64,000 bases of DNA, from the NCBI GenBank assembly GCA_963699755.1, contig CAVOVB010000001.1:736001-800000 (forward strand), read 5' to 3'. The notes beneath the pieces were generated by a model. That model saw only the letters and a list, made by a program, of their open reading frames with translations, was not told where the DNA came from and made no database searches. Every line of letters starts with the position of its first letter. The stretch's first letter is position 1. Below, in pieces: positions 18,567 to 26,818 of the stretch. This DNA is from an uncultured delta proteobacterium. GTDB taxonomy: Bacteria; Myxococcota_A; Polyangia; Polyangiales; Houyiibacteriaceae. The position numbers were made by a program, and so were the translations under genes.

Positions 18567-18902
18567 AGCGGCGGTTTCGAAATCGCTTTGGCCTGCCACT
18601 TCCGAATCGCTGCGCGCAGCGCGAAGATCGGTCTGCCGGAAGTCGAGCTTGGCGTCGTTCCCGCTCGGGGCGGAACGCAACGCCTGACCCGTACCGTTGG
18701 GCGCGCCAGAGCGCTCGAGATCATGCTGCTCGCGAAGAAGCTGAGCGCCGACGAAGCCTTCGCAGCGGGCTTGCTCACCGAGGTCTGCCAGCCGGACGAG
18801 CTCGACGAGCGAGTCCTCGAGCGCGTGATGACCTCGGAAGACTTGCGGGAAGGTGTGACTGCCTTGTTCCAGAAGCGGCCGCCCGCGTTCAAGGGCAAGT
18901 GA
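18567..18902 (+). pseudogene. Enoyl-CoA hydratase remnant
   Basis: GGFEIALACHFRIA, GLPEVELGVVP, GGTQRL and EDLREG..KRPPAFKG are present. The N-terminal half is missing and the helical segment before SED appears deleted. Confidence 0.7.
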
Positions 18903-18915
18903 GGCTGGGCATCGC

Positions 18916-20619
18916 CTATTTTCTAGCCAGCTTGGCCCAGGAGTCTTTGAGCTGAATGGTGCGGTTGTAGAGCGGGCGCTCCGGCGTGCTATCGGGGTCG
19001 ACGACGAAGTAGCCCAGGCGCTCGAATTGAACGCGTTCGCCGGCGCCGCGGGCGGCGAGGTTGGGCTCGAGCTTCGCGTGCGGGAGCACCTCGAGGGAGT
19101 CCGGGTTGATGCGTGAGGTGAAGTCGCCTTCGAGCGTTTCGTCCAGAGGGTTCTCTTCTTTGAAGAGGCGGTCATAGAGCCGGACTTCGGCGTCGATGGC
19201 GTGCTTTGCGCTGACCCAATGAATCGTCCCGCGCACTTTGCGACCGTCCGGCGCGTTGCCGCCTTTGGATGCCGGGTCCCAGCTACAACGGAGCTCCACC
19301 ACGTTCCCCGCATCGTCTTTGATGACTTCCTTGCAGGTCACCAGTGCACCGTAGCGGAGACGCACCTCCGTGCCCGGCGCCATGCGAAACCACTTTTTCA
19401 TCGGTTCTTCCATGAAGTCGTCGCGCTCGATGAACAGCTCACGCGTGAGGTGCAGGCGCCGCGAGCCGAAGCTCTCGTCGTCCGGGCTGAAGGGCGCCTG
19501 AACCTCGACCTCCTCGTTCTCCGGGAAGTTCTCGAGCACCAGCTTCAGAGGACGCAAGACAGCCATTGTGCGTGGCGAAGTCGCGTTCAGGTCTTCGCGA
19601 AGCGCATGCTCCAAAAGTCCCACGTCGACGATGCTGTCCCGGCGCGAAACCCCGATCCGCTCCGCAAAGCGTCGGATTGCGGCGGGCGTGTACCCTCGAC
19701 GTCGCATACCCGCGATGGTCGGCATCCGCGGATCATCCCAACCGCTCACATGACCCTCTTCCACGAGTCGCTTGAGCAAGCGCTTGCTCATCACCGTGTA
19801 GGTCAGGTTCAGGCGCGCGAACTCGTACTGCCAAGGCATCGGGTCGAAGTCGAAGTGCGAGACGAACCACTGATAGAGCGGGTTATGGTGCGCGAATTCG
19901 AGAGTGCACACCGAGTGTGTGATCCCCTCGAAGCCATCGGACATCGGATGCGCGTAGTCGTACATCGGGTAGATGCACCAGTCGTCACCGGTCCGGTGGT
20001 GCGTCACTTTGCGAATGCGATACATCAGTGGGTCACGGAGGTTGACGTCCTTCGAGGCCATGTCGATCCTCGCCCGGAGGACGTGAGTGCCTTCTTCGAA
20101 CTTGCCGGCACGCATGCCCGCGAAGAGCTCCAGATTCTCCTCGACGCTTCGGTCGCGGTACGGGCTGTTCACACCCGGCCTGTAGAAATCGCCGCGTCCC
20201 TGGCGGATCTCCTCGAGGTTCTGGCTATCGACATATGCCAGTCCGCGCTTGATGAGGTTCACGGCGCAGTCGTAGAGCTTCTCGAAATAGTCGGACGCGA
20301 AGTACTCGTGACTCCCCCAGTCGAAGCCGAGCCAGCGCACGTCCTCACGAATCGATTCGACGTACTCGATGTCTTCTGCTTCCGGGTTGGTATCGTCGAA
20401 GCGCAGATGGCAGCGTCCGTCTTCGGAGAGCTCTGCGGTGGTGAAATTCAAGCAGATCGACTTCGCATGCCCGATGTGCAGGTACCCGTTCGGCTCCGGA
20501 GGAAACCGTGTCACGACCTTGCCCCCATGCTTCCGAGTGCGGATGTCTTCCCTCACCAAGTCATGGATGAAGTTCGGCGCGTTCTCCTGCCCTTCGGCCC
20601 TGCCATTTGGCTCGTTCAT
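18916..20619 (-). CDS. glnS: Glutamine--tRNA ligase
   Basis: TRFPPEPNGYLHIGHAKSICLNF (HIGH), VMSKR, WDDPRMPTI and QFERLGYF. Confidence 0.96.
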   Translation of the reverse strand: MNEPNGRAEGQENAPNFIHDLVREDIRTRKHGGKVVTRFPPEPNGYLHIGHAKSICLNFTTAELSEDGRCHLRFDDTNPEAEDIEYVESIREDVRWLGFDWGSHEYFASDYFEKLYDCAVNLIKRGLAYVDSQNLEEIRQGRGDFYRPGVNSPYRDRSVEENLELFAGMRAGKFEEGTHVLRARIDMASKDVNLRDPLMYRIRKVTHHRTGDDWCIYPMYDYAHPMSDGFEGITHSVCTLEFAHHNPLYQWFVSHFDFDPMPWQYEFARLNLTYTVMSKRLLKRLVEEGHVSGWDDPRMPTIAGMRRRGYTPAAIRRFAERIGVSRRDSIVDVGLLEHALREDLNATSPRTMAVLRPLKLVLENFPENEEVEVQAPFSPDDESFGSRRLHLTRELFIERDDFMEEPMKKWFRMAPGTEVRLRYGALVTCKEVIKDDAGNVVELRCSWDPASKGGNAPDGRKVRGTIHWVSAKHAIDAEVRLYDRLFKEENPLDETLEGDFTSRINPDSLEVLPHAKLEPNLAARGAGERVQFERLGYFVVDPDSTPERPLYNRTIQLKDSWAKLARK

Positions 20620-20726
20620 GCCGCAGGTCTAGCGCGCTTTTGGCCCCAATGCCGCATTCGCTTCGACCATGGCGCTCCGCCGTCCCAGCTGTGGCGCTTG
20701 CCGCGAGCGGGACTATCCTTGGGCGC

Positions 20727-21074
20727 ATGATTTCGAAGATCATCCTCGCGCTCCTGGCGATCGTCGTCGTGTTCGTGGTCTACCAGCGCTTCACCGCGGT
20801 TAGGATTTCCGGAAGTGACGCCCATTCTCTCGTCGCCAACGGAGCAATGCTCGTCGATGTCCGTAGCGCAGGGGAGTTTTCGGGAGGTCACATCGACGGT
20901 GCCCTCAACATTCCCATTCAGGAGCTTTCGGGACGCATGGGCGAGCTCGGCGACAAGAGCGGCAAGATCGTCGTGTACTGCCAAAGCGGCGCTCGTAGCG
21001 CCATGGCCAAGCGGCTCCTCGAAAGCAACGGCTTCACCGAAGTCCACGACATGGGCGGCATCGGACGCTGGTGA
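20727..21074 (+). CDS. Membrane-anchored rhodanese-like protein
   Basis: N-terminal TM, DVRS..EF..GHIDGA.NIP, and active loop YCQSGARS. Confidence 0.88.
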   Translation: MISKIILALLAIVVVFVVYQRFTAVRISGSDAHSLVANGAMLVDVRSAGEFSGGHIDGALNIPIQELSGRMGELGDKSGKIVVYCQSGARSAMAKRLLESNGFTEVHDMGGIGRW

Positions 21075-21079
21075 GGGCT

Positions 21080-21286
21080 ATGTCCGACCCCTACCGATGC
21101 GCCGATTGCGATCTCGAGTTCGTCCCTGAAGATGCGGGGGACGATCCGCGCTGTCCGAAGTGCACCCGCACCGAGGCGGTAGAGCCCGCTAACGAGTCCG
21201 CGCTCCAAAGCGACATCTGGCGTCAATGGCTCCTGGTATTCGCTCTACTCTTCATCGCTGGCATCGCATATCTGGTTTTCGAATGA
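21080..21286 (+). CDS. Small zinc-ribbon protein with C-terminal TM helix
   Basis: CADC...CPKC plus a hydrophobic tail. It fills the gap between the rhodanese and DsbA-like genes with overlapping junctions. Confidence 0.6.
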   Translation: MSDPYRCADCDLEFVPEDAGDDPRCPKCTRTEAVEPANESALQSDIWRQWLLVFALLFIAGIAYLVFE

Positions 21287-21978
21287 CCATTCACATCTCC
21301 TATGTATCGGACGTCTTGTGCATCTGGGCCTACATAGCCGAAGCTCGGCTAGATCAACTGCGCAAGGAATTCGGATCGTCGATCGACCTCGAGTACCGCT
21401 TCATCCCGATCTTCGGTGCCACGCGACATCGAATCGCGGAAGGTTGGAAGAAGCGAGGGGGCTATGCCGGCTTCGGCGCGCACGTGCTGGAGGTCGCCAA
21501 GGGCTTCCCGCACGTTGCGGTGAACGAGCGGGTGTGGAGTCAAGTTGCTCCGACCACTTCATCGGCGGCCCACGAAATGCTCTGCGCTGCGCGACTGCTG
21601 GTCGACGAAGGCGTCGTGGACTCGGCGCGGCACCAGGAGCTCGGCGGACGCACAGTCTTCGAAGAGGCCGCTTGGCAGGTCCGCACGGCCTTTTTCGAGC
21701 AAGCCCGCGATGTCTCGAATCGGGGCGTGCTCCTAGACGTCCTCGGGCAGGCAGGGCTTCCCAGGTCAGCCATCGAAGCGAAGCTGAGCAGCGGCGAAGC
21801 GATGGCCGAGCTCTGCCGTGACATCGAGCTCCGGGACGAGTACAAGATCGAAGGCAGCCCCACCTATTACCTGAACCAAGGTCGACAAAAGCTCTACGGC
21901 AACGTCGGCTATCGGGTGGTGTCTGCAAACCTGCGCGAGCTCCTAGAACGGCCGGGTCACCAGGCGTCCTGGTGCTGA
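21283..21978 (+). CDS. DsbA/FrnE-like thioredoxin-fold protein
   Basis: YVSDVLCIWAY (CxxA variant), cis-Pro motif IEGSPTY and C-terminal SWC. ATG overlaps the upstream stop. Confidence 0.8.
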   Translation: MTIHISYVSDVLCIWAYIAEARLDQLRKEFGSSIDLEYRFIPIFGATRHRIAEGWKKRGGYAGFGAHVLEVAKGFPHVAVNERVWSQVAPTTSSAAHEMLCAARLLVDEGVVDSARHQELGGRTVFEEAAWQVRTAFFEQARDVSNRGVLLDVLGQAGLPRSAIEAKLSSGEAMAELCRDIELRDEYKIEGSPTYYLNQGRQKLYGNVGYRVVSANLRELLERPGHQASWC

Positions 21979-22006
21979 GCTCGCCCTCGGAGCCCGCGCG
22001 GTCGAC

Positions 22007-22159
22007 TCAGTGGATCGACTCCCGCCCTTCTGCTCCGCTGGCGCTGACCGGGTCGCGGCCGAGAAGCCGCATGATCCCCAGTGCCAGGCCACCACCCGCG
22101 AGGGCAGCAACGTGGAGCGCGACGATGGACATGATGACGATGAGTAGCTCTGTATCCAT
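22007..22159 (-). CDS. Putative small membrane protein (50 aa)
   Basis: A single long hydrophobic stretch, with a sigma70-like promoter upstream. Confidence 0.4.
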   Translation of the reverse strand: MDTELLIVIMSIVALHVAALAGGGLALGIMRLLGRDPVSASGAEGRESIH

Positions 22160-22224
22160 GGGAAACCCCCAATCGGCCCGGCGGAACACTTGCTGGGGCG
22201 TATGACCCGCCTGCCTCAGCCACT

Positions 22225-22300
22225 AGCTTGGATACGACGACGCAGCGCGTCAAGTATTAAGGCTGCAATTTTCCGATAATAATGTTGCTTAATGTTGGAA
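22225..22300 (-). promoter_or_regulatory. Putative promoter (TTGACG-17-CAAGCT) with upstream tandem direct repeat
   Basis: The -35 lies at 22248-22253. TAATGTTG is repeated at 22280 and 22290 (10-bp period) in an AT-rich patch. Confidence 0.45.
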
Positions 22301-22416
22301 AACGCAATGATCTCCTGGACCTTCGGGCGAGGGTTCGGCGCTTGCCGACTGTCTCAGGACAGCTCTGGAAGGCCGGCAAGCCGCCTCCGCAGCAGCGATG
22401 CGCGCCCCTGCTGCGG

Positions 22417-23850
22417 TCAGGCTGTGTGCGTCCCGCTATTCGCCCGAGGCCGGTTGCGCTGCTCGACCCTCACCGGCGCGCCCTCCCTGAACCGCACCTT
22501 CATCTGCATGCCACGCTCGCCCGGGTTCAACGAGATCTCTGCATTGAAGTCCGGTTCGAAGCCCTCGACGAGATTGACGTCGACGTTCTGAATCAGCGTC
22601 CCGAGAACGATCCGCATCTCCATCATGGCGAACTGCTTGCCGAGGCAGACCCTCGGCCCCGCCGCGAAGGGCACGTAGGCGCCCTTCGGGAGCTCACGCT
22701 CGAACTCGCGCGTCCAGCGCTCGGGCCGGTATTCGAGGGGATGGTCGAAGTACTTGGCGTTTCGGCCGGTCGCGAGCGGGCTGATCGCGAGGATCGCGCC
22801 CTTAGGAAAGAAGTAGTCGCCGAGACGCAGATCCCGCTGCGCCTCGCGCGCGTAGATCCAGACGGCCGGAAGTCTGCGAAGCGATTCCTTGAGGCACATT
22901 TCGAGGTACGGCAGGTCTCGAAGGTCCTCGATGGCGATTGGCCTGCCGCCAATGGTTTCGTCGATCTCCTGCTGCGCCTTCGCCAGCTTGTCCCGATTGG
23001 TCGCCAGCAAGTACCAGGCCCAGGTCAGGGTGTGGGCAGTGGTCTCGTGGCCGGCGAAGATGAGCGTCATCAGCTCATCCCGCATCTGCTGGTCTGGCAT
23101 GCTGCCCTGCCCGTCGGTCGCGAACACGATGTGCGACATCAGGTCGCCGTGGTCTGTGCGGTCCTTTCGACGCGCGGCAATGAGCCGTTCGATGACGCCG
23201 TCCATCGAGTCGAGCGCGCGTACCATGCGCTTGTTGCGCTCGGAGGGCCACCAACGCGGGGTCGGGATAGGCGTTTGAGCATGGTCGATCAGCGCTTCGC
23301 TGATGTCTTTCATCGCCTGATGCACCGTCTGCGAATCGTGCGCAAGGTCTGTATCGAACAGAGTCTTCGCAACGATGCGAAGCGTGAGCTCGACCATCTC
23401 TTCTCGAAAGTCACGCTGTTCTCCGTCCTTCCAAGCTTCAATCATGTCGCGCGTGTACTCGGCCATCGTTGGCGCATAGGCGTCGACGCGCATCTTGTGG
23501 AAGCCAGGCATGATCAACTTGTGTTGCCGCTTCCATGACTCGCCGTCGTTTGGGACCAGCCCGTTGCCGAGGAACGGCTTCCACATCTGCTTGACCACCT
23601 TGGGCTTGTAGATGTGCTTGGCCTCCGTGACGTTGATTGCGTTGACGACCGCCGGGTCGCGGATGAAATAGGACTGGCCGGTCAAGACCCGGGTCACGAA
23701 GACATCGCCGTACTTATCGTGCGCCTCGAGCACGAACTCGGCGGGATTGCGCTGGAAGTCGAAGGTTCCGCCCCAGAGCCAGTGGCCTTTATGGCGTGGC
23801 ATCGGCTTGGGCGCGGATAGATCGTCTCGTCTGTCGAGGAGTAGCGTCAT
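22417..23850 (-). CDS. Cytochrome P450
   Basis: I-helix FAGHETT, ExxR (ESLR), PERW, and heme motif PFAAGPRVCLG. Confidence 0.95.
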   Translation of the reverse strand: MTLLLDRRDDLSAPKPMPRHKGHWLWGGTFDFQRNPAEFVLEAHDKYGDVFVTRVLTGQSYFIRDPAVVNAINVTEAKHIYKPKVVKQMWKPFLGNGLVPNDGESWKRQHKLIMPGFHKMRVDAYAPTMAEYTRDMIEAWKDGEQRDFREEMVELTLRIVAKTLFDTDLAHDSQTVHQAMKDISEALIDHAQTPIPTPRWWPSERNKRMVRALDSMDGVIERLIAARRKDRTDHGDLMSHIVFATDGQGSMPDQQMRDELMTLIFAGHETTAHTLTWAWYLLATNRDKLAKAQQEIDETIGGRPIAIEDLRDLPYLEMCLKESLRRLPAVWIYAREAQRDLRLGDYFFPKGAILAISPLATGRNAKYFDHPLEYRPERWTREFERELPKGAYVPFAAGPRVCLGKQFAMMEMRIVLGTLIQNVDVNLVEGFEPDFNAEISLNPGERGMQMKVRFREGAPVRVEQRNRPRANSGTHTA

Positions 23851-23890
23851 TTACTTTACGTAAAGTAAACTACGTGTCTCCTAGGTGCAA
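23850..23890 (-). promoter_or_regulatory. P450 promoter (TTGCAC-17-TACTTT) overlapped by a 20-bp perfect palindromic operator
   Basis: TTTACTTTACGTAAAGTAAA at 23850-23869 is its own reverse complement. The -35 lies at 23885-23890 and the -10 at 23862-23867. Confidence 0.7.
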
Positions 23891-23966
23891 GTGAGCAATC
23901 GGTAGCTCTCGCCCGAGTCGTCCGCGACGCGCAGCCCCCGACGACCAAGCAACCCCGCAGGCACGC

Positions 23967-24356
23967 CTAGTACCAGATCCGGCCGCTCGAGGAGTCCCCG
24001 AAAAGCAAGCCGCGCGAAGGGCTCGGCGGGTTGCCCTGGTCGACTTCCCAGCTGCGCGTCACCGAGGCCGGATTCCAGAGATCGCCCTGCGTGCCTGGCT
24101 GATCGGAGAGCTCGTGAGGCACCGTCTCGACAGCTTCGGCGCCAGCGCTCCAAAGCCCACCGAGGCTCTGTTCTGCGTAGCGTGGGGTTTCGAGCCCTTG
24201 GCTCGGTGCCGCTTCGGTGCCGACCCAGAGCCCGTCGAGCCCCCCTTGGTTCTTGAACTGGGCGGCGAGGCTCGAGCTCGGTTGCAGCGCGAGGCCGGAG
24301 CAACCGACCGTGCCAAGCGAGAGGACGACCCCGAGTGTGAGTACTGACTTGTGCAT
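23967..24356 (-). CDS. Hypothetical lipoprotein with repeated (G/D)LW motifs
   Basis: Strong SD AGGAGG, lipobox GTVGC, and a low-complexity mature part. Confidence 0.7.
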   Translation of the reverse strand: MHKSVLTLGVVLSLGTVGCSGLALQPSSSLAAQFKNQGGLDGLWVGTEAAPSQGLETPRYAEQSLGGLWSAGAEAVETVPHELSDQPGTQGDLWNPASVTRSWEVDQGNPPSPSRGLLFGDSSSGRIWY

Positions 24357-24379
24357 GTTGACCTCCTGATGTATTCACT

Positions 24380-24397
24380 GTATACATATATGTATAC
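24380..24397. promoter_or_regulatory. 18-bp perfect palindrome, putative operator
   Basis: GTATACATATATGTATAC in the divergent promoter region. Confidence 0.6.
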
Positions 24398-24413
24398 GGC
24401 GTTCACTTTCAAT

Positions 24414-24428
24414 GTCAACACTGTTTAC
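24414..24428. promoter_or_regulatory. Imperfect palindrome, likely TetR autoregulatory operator
   Basis: GTCAACA-C-TGTTTAC (6/7 arm match), 30 nt upstream of the TetR start. Confidence 0.55.
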
Positions 24429-24458
24429 TCAGCCGCCCCAATTAAGTTACATTCAGCC

Positions 24459-25061
24459 ATGGCAACCGCTAGAAAAGCTTATCATCACGGAGAATTACGT
24501 GAATCCCTGCTCGAAGCCGCCCAGGGCCTGCTCGAAGAGGACGGTCCGGGCGGTCTTTCCCTGAGGGAGGTCGGGCGCCGACTCGGCGTCACCCCCGGAG
24601 CTCCGTATCGCCATTTCGAGGACAAGGAGTCGATCCTGGCCGCCCTGGCGATCCGCGGCTTCGAGCGCCTTCGCGAGATGATGGGTGCCGAGCAAGACGA
24701 CGGCGCTGGTGGCGAAGTGCGGCTCCGACGAGCCGGCCTCGGCTACCTCGAGTTCGCATCGGAGAACCCGGAGCTCTTCCGACTGATGTTTGGCTGGATG
24801 CCTTCGCGTGACATCCCTGAGCTCTGCGAGGCAGGCGATGCAGCCTTCGCCGGCCTTCAAGGGATCCTCGAAGCCTGCGAGCGAGAGGGCGTGTTGACCC
24901 GAAGCGTGCAGGAGGCCGCCCTCCTCGCCTGGTCCGCCGTCCACGGCGCCGCGTTCCTCTTGATCGACAAGCGCCTCATCCTCGGAGAGAGTGAGCCCTG
25001 CGCGAAAGGCGTTTTGGAACGCCTTCACGATGGCATTTGGTCTGGAATCGGACGCCGATGA
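24459..25061 (+). CDS. TetR/AcrR family regulator (WHG-type C-terminus)
   Basis: YHHGELRESLL, HTH LSLREVGRRLGVTPGAPYRHF, and AWSAVHG. Confidence 0.92.
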   Translation: MATARKAYHHGELRESLLEAAQGLLEEDGPGGLSLREVGRRLGVTPGAPYRHFEDKESILAALAIRGFERLREMMGAEQDDGAGGEVRLRRAGLGYLEFASENPELFRLMFGWMPSRDIPELCEAGDAAFAGLQGILEACEREGVLTRSVQEAALLAWSAVHGAAFLLIDKRLILGESEPCAKGVLERLHDGIWSGIGRR

Positions 25062-25102
25062 TGAATTGCGCCGTGGCGCCAAAACAAAGATAGTTACGCG
25101 CC

Positions 25103-26818
25103 ATGCGACTTATCTTGGTGGTTGCCGCGCTTTGGCTTGCAGGTCTTCCGACGGGCCTCGCGCAGTCCGAGGATTGGTTCGTGCTCCCGACCGCCACCGA
25201 CGACGAGGTCGGATGGATGCAGCCCACCGTCAGCAAAGTCAGCCGCGAGCTCCGAAAGCAAGGCATCGGGGTCTGGTCCTCGGTTCAGGCGACCCGCCGA
25301 TTCGAGCAGCGTGGCTCGTCCCCGCCCGCGGAGCTTACAGCAAGCGCGATCGAAGCGTGGTCGGCTCTCTCCGAAGCCGCCGTCCGCCAGCTTGCCAACG
25401 GCGAGTACAGCACCGCGCTCGCCCAACTCGAGGAAGCGCAGGGCCTCTCTGGCACCGCCCTCGAAGAGCTCAACCGAGACCCCAAGCGCGCCCGGACCGT
25501 GCTCGACACCTGCCTCTACATGGTCAGGGCGCTGCTCGAAACCGGCGATGAGGCCGGCGCAAAGGCGCAGGCCGAAGCTTGCGTGCGAATGGTCCCTGGC
25601 ACCGCGCCCACCCGGTACATGCACCCTCCAAGGGTGTCGATCGTCTACGACGAGGCCCTCGAGGCCGGCCCGTCGCATGGCAGCAGCCTGCTCGTCGAAA
25701 GCGAGCCATCGGGCTGCGCGCTGCGCGTCAACGGCGTGCTCGTCGGCGAAACGCCCCACGACATGACCCACCTCTACCCCGGGGAGTATCGCGTGCAGGT
25801 CGAGTGCAGTGCGAGCACGCTGAGTCGCGTGCACCGAGTGCGGGTGGCGCGCGGCCGAACCACTCTCTTCGTCTTCGCTCACTTCGATCGCGCGGTACGC
25901 GCGAAACCCATCTTGCACCTCCGATACGACGAGCCGCAGAATGAAGACCAGCGCGCTCGAGATGCCCGCGAGTTTGCAAGGACCCTCCCCGCCGGCGCCG
26001 TCCTGCTCGCTTCCCGACCAACGCCGGATAGCCTGGAGCTTCGCCTGATCCGAGGCACGCGAAAGGACTCGGCATTTGTGCGAATCGGATCGGCGTCGAG
26101 CGGGCCCGACACCTCGCAAGTCGTTGAAGCGACGGCGACCTTGCTCGCTGGCGAGTGCAGGGACTTCACGGGCGCCAAACCCGTCGCCTTCGATTGCAGC
26201 ACCGGCCAAGCGGAGCTGTCGCTCGCCGGCGGCTCCAAGAACGATCGCATCACCGAGCCCCGTCCGCCCCGCGGTCAGTTCATCTCGGGGCTCACCCTGG
26301 CTTCGCTCGGCACGGCGTCTCTGCTCACCGGCTACGGCCTCATGCTGGCCCGTAGCTCGGCCGGGGACGACTGGAACGCCGACCCCGGAAGCCTCGGCGC
26401 CCACGGAACCTGGCTTAACATCGGCACTGGCGTGATCATCTCCGGTAGCGCCAGCTCGGCCATGCTCGTCACCGCCATGCCGCTGGTTCTTCCGTACAAG
26501 AGCAAGACCCCCTGGTGGGCCTGGCTGAGCGGCGGCCTTGGACTCGGATTCACCGCCGGGGCGATCGCATCTGCCCTCACCGCGGACCCCAAGCCCCCGA
26601 GCTCCTGCTCGGTCAACAATCTCAATCCCCAGCCCTGCGTGAGCCGCGCCAAACGGACCGACCTGGCGATCATGCTCGGCGTCACCGCCGCACCCCTGCT
26701 GACGATGCCGCTCGTCTACCTCTTCAGAAAGGAAGAGAAGAAGCCCAAGGTGGCGCTCTCCCCAAGCATCGACGTGAACCGATCGGGCGGTGCGTTTGGT
26801 GTTCGAGGGGTGTTTTGA
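25103..26818 (+). CDS. PEGA domain-containing exported protein
   Basis: Signal peptide, TPR-like helices, PEGA motif VESEPSGCALRVNGVLVGETP...PGEYRVQV, C-terminal hydrophobic hairpins and terminal GVF. Confidence 0.8.
   Translation: MRLILVVAALWLAGLPTGLAQSEDWFVLPTATDDEVGWMQPTVSKVSRELRKQGIGVWSSVQATRRFEQRGSSPPAELTASAIEAWSALSEAAVRQLANGEYSTALAQLEEAQGLSGTALEELNRDPKRARTVLDTCLYMVRALLETGDEAGAKAQAEACVRMVPGTAPTRYMHPPRVSIVYDEALEAGPSHGSSLLVESEPSGCALRVNGVLVGETPHDMTHLYPGEYRVQVECSASTLSRVHRVRVARGRTTLFVFAHFDRAVRAKPILHLRYDEPQNEDQRARDAREFARTLPAGAVLLASRPTPDSLELRLIRGTRKDSAFVRIGSASSGPDTSQVVEATATLLAGECRDFTGAKPVAFDCSTGQAELSLAGGSKNDRITEPRPPRGQFISGLTLASLGTASLLTGYGLMLARSSAGDDWNADPGSLGAHGTWLNIGTGVIISGSASSAMLVTAMPLVLPYKSKTPWWAWLSGGLGLGFTAGAIASALTADPKPPSSCSVNNLNPQPCVSRAKRTDLAIMLGVTAAPLLTMPLVYLFRKEEKKPKVALSPSIDVNRSGGAFGVRGVF

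Noticed and set aside
21970..22010. TGC-TGA at the end of the DsbA-like gene as a possible Cys-Sec motif
   Set aside because: No convincing bacterial SECIS at the proper spacing, so an ordinary stop is the simpler reading.
23851..23966. Biarylitide-type (MxYxH) precursor upstream of the P450
   Set aside because: No such mini-ORF on the minus strand. The region holds a promoter and operator instead.
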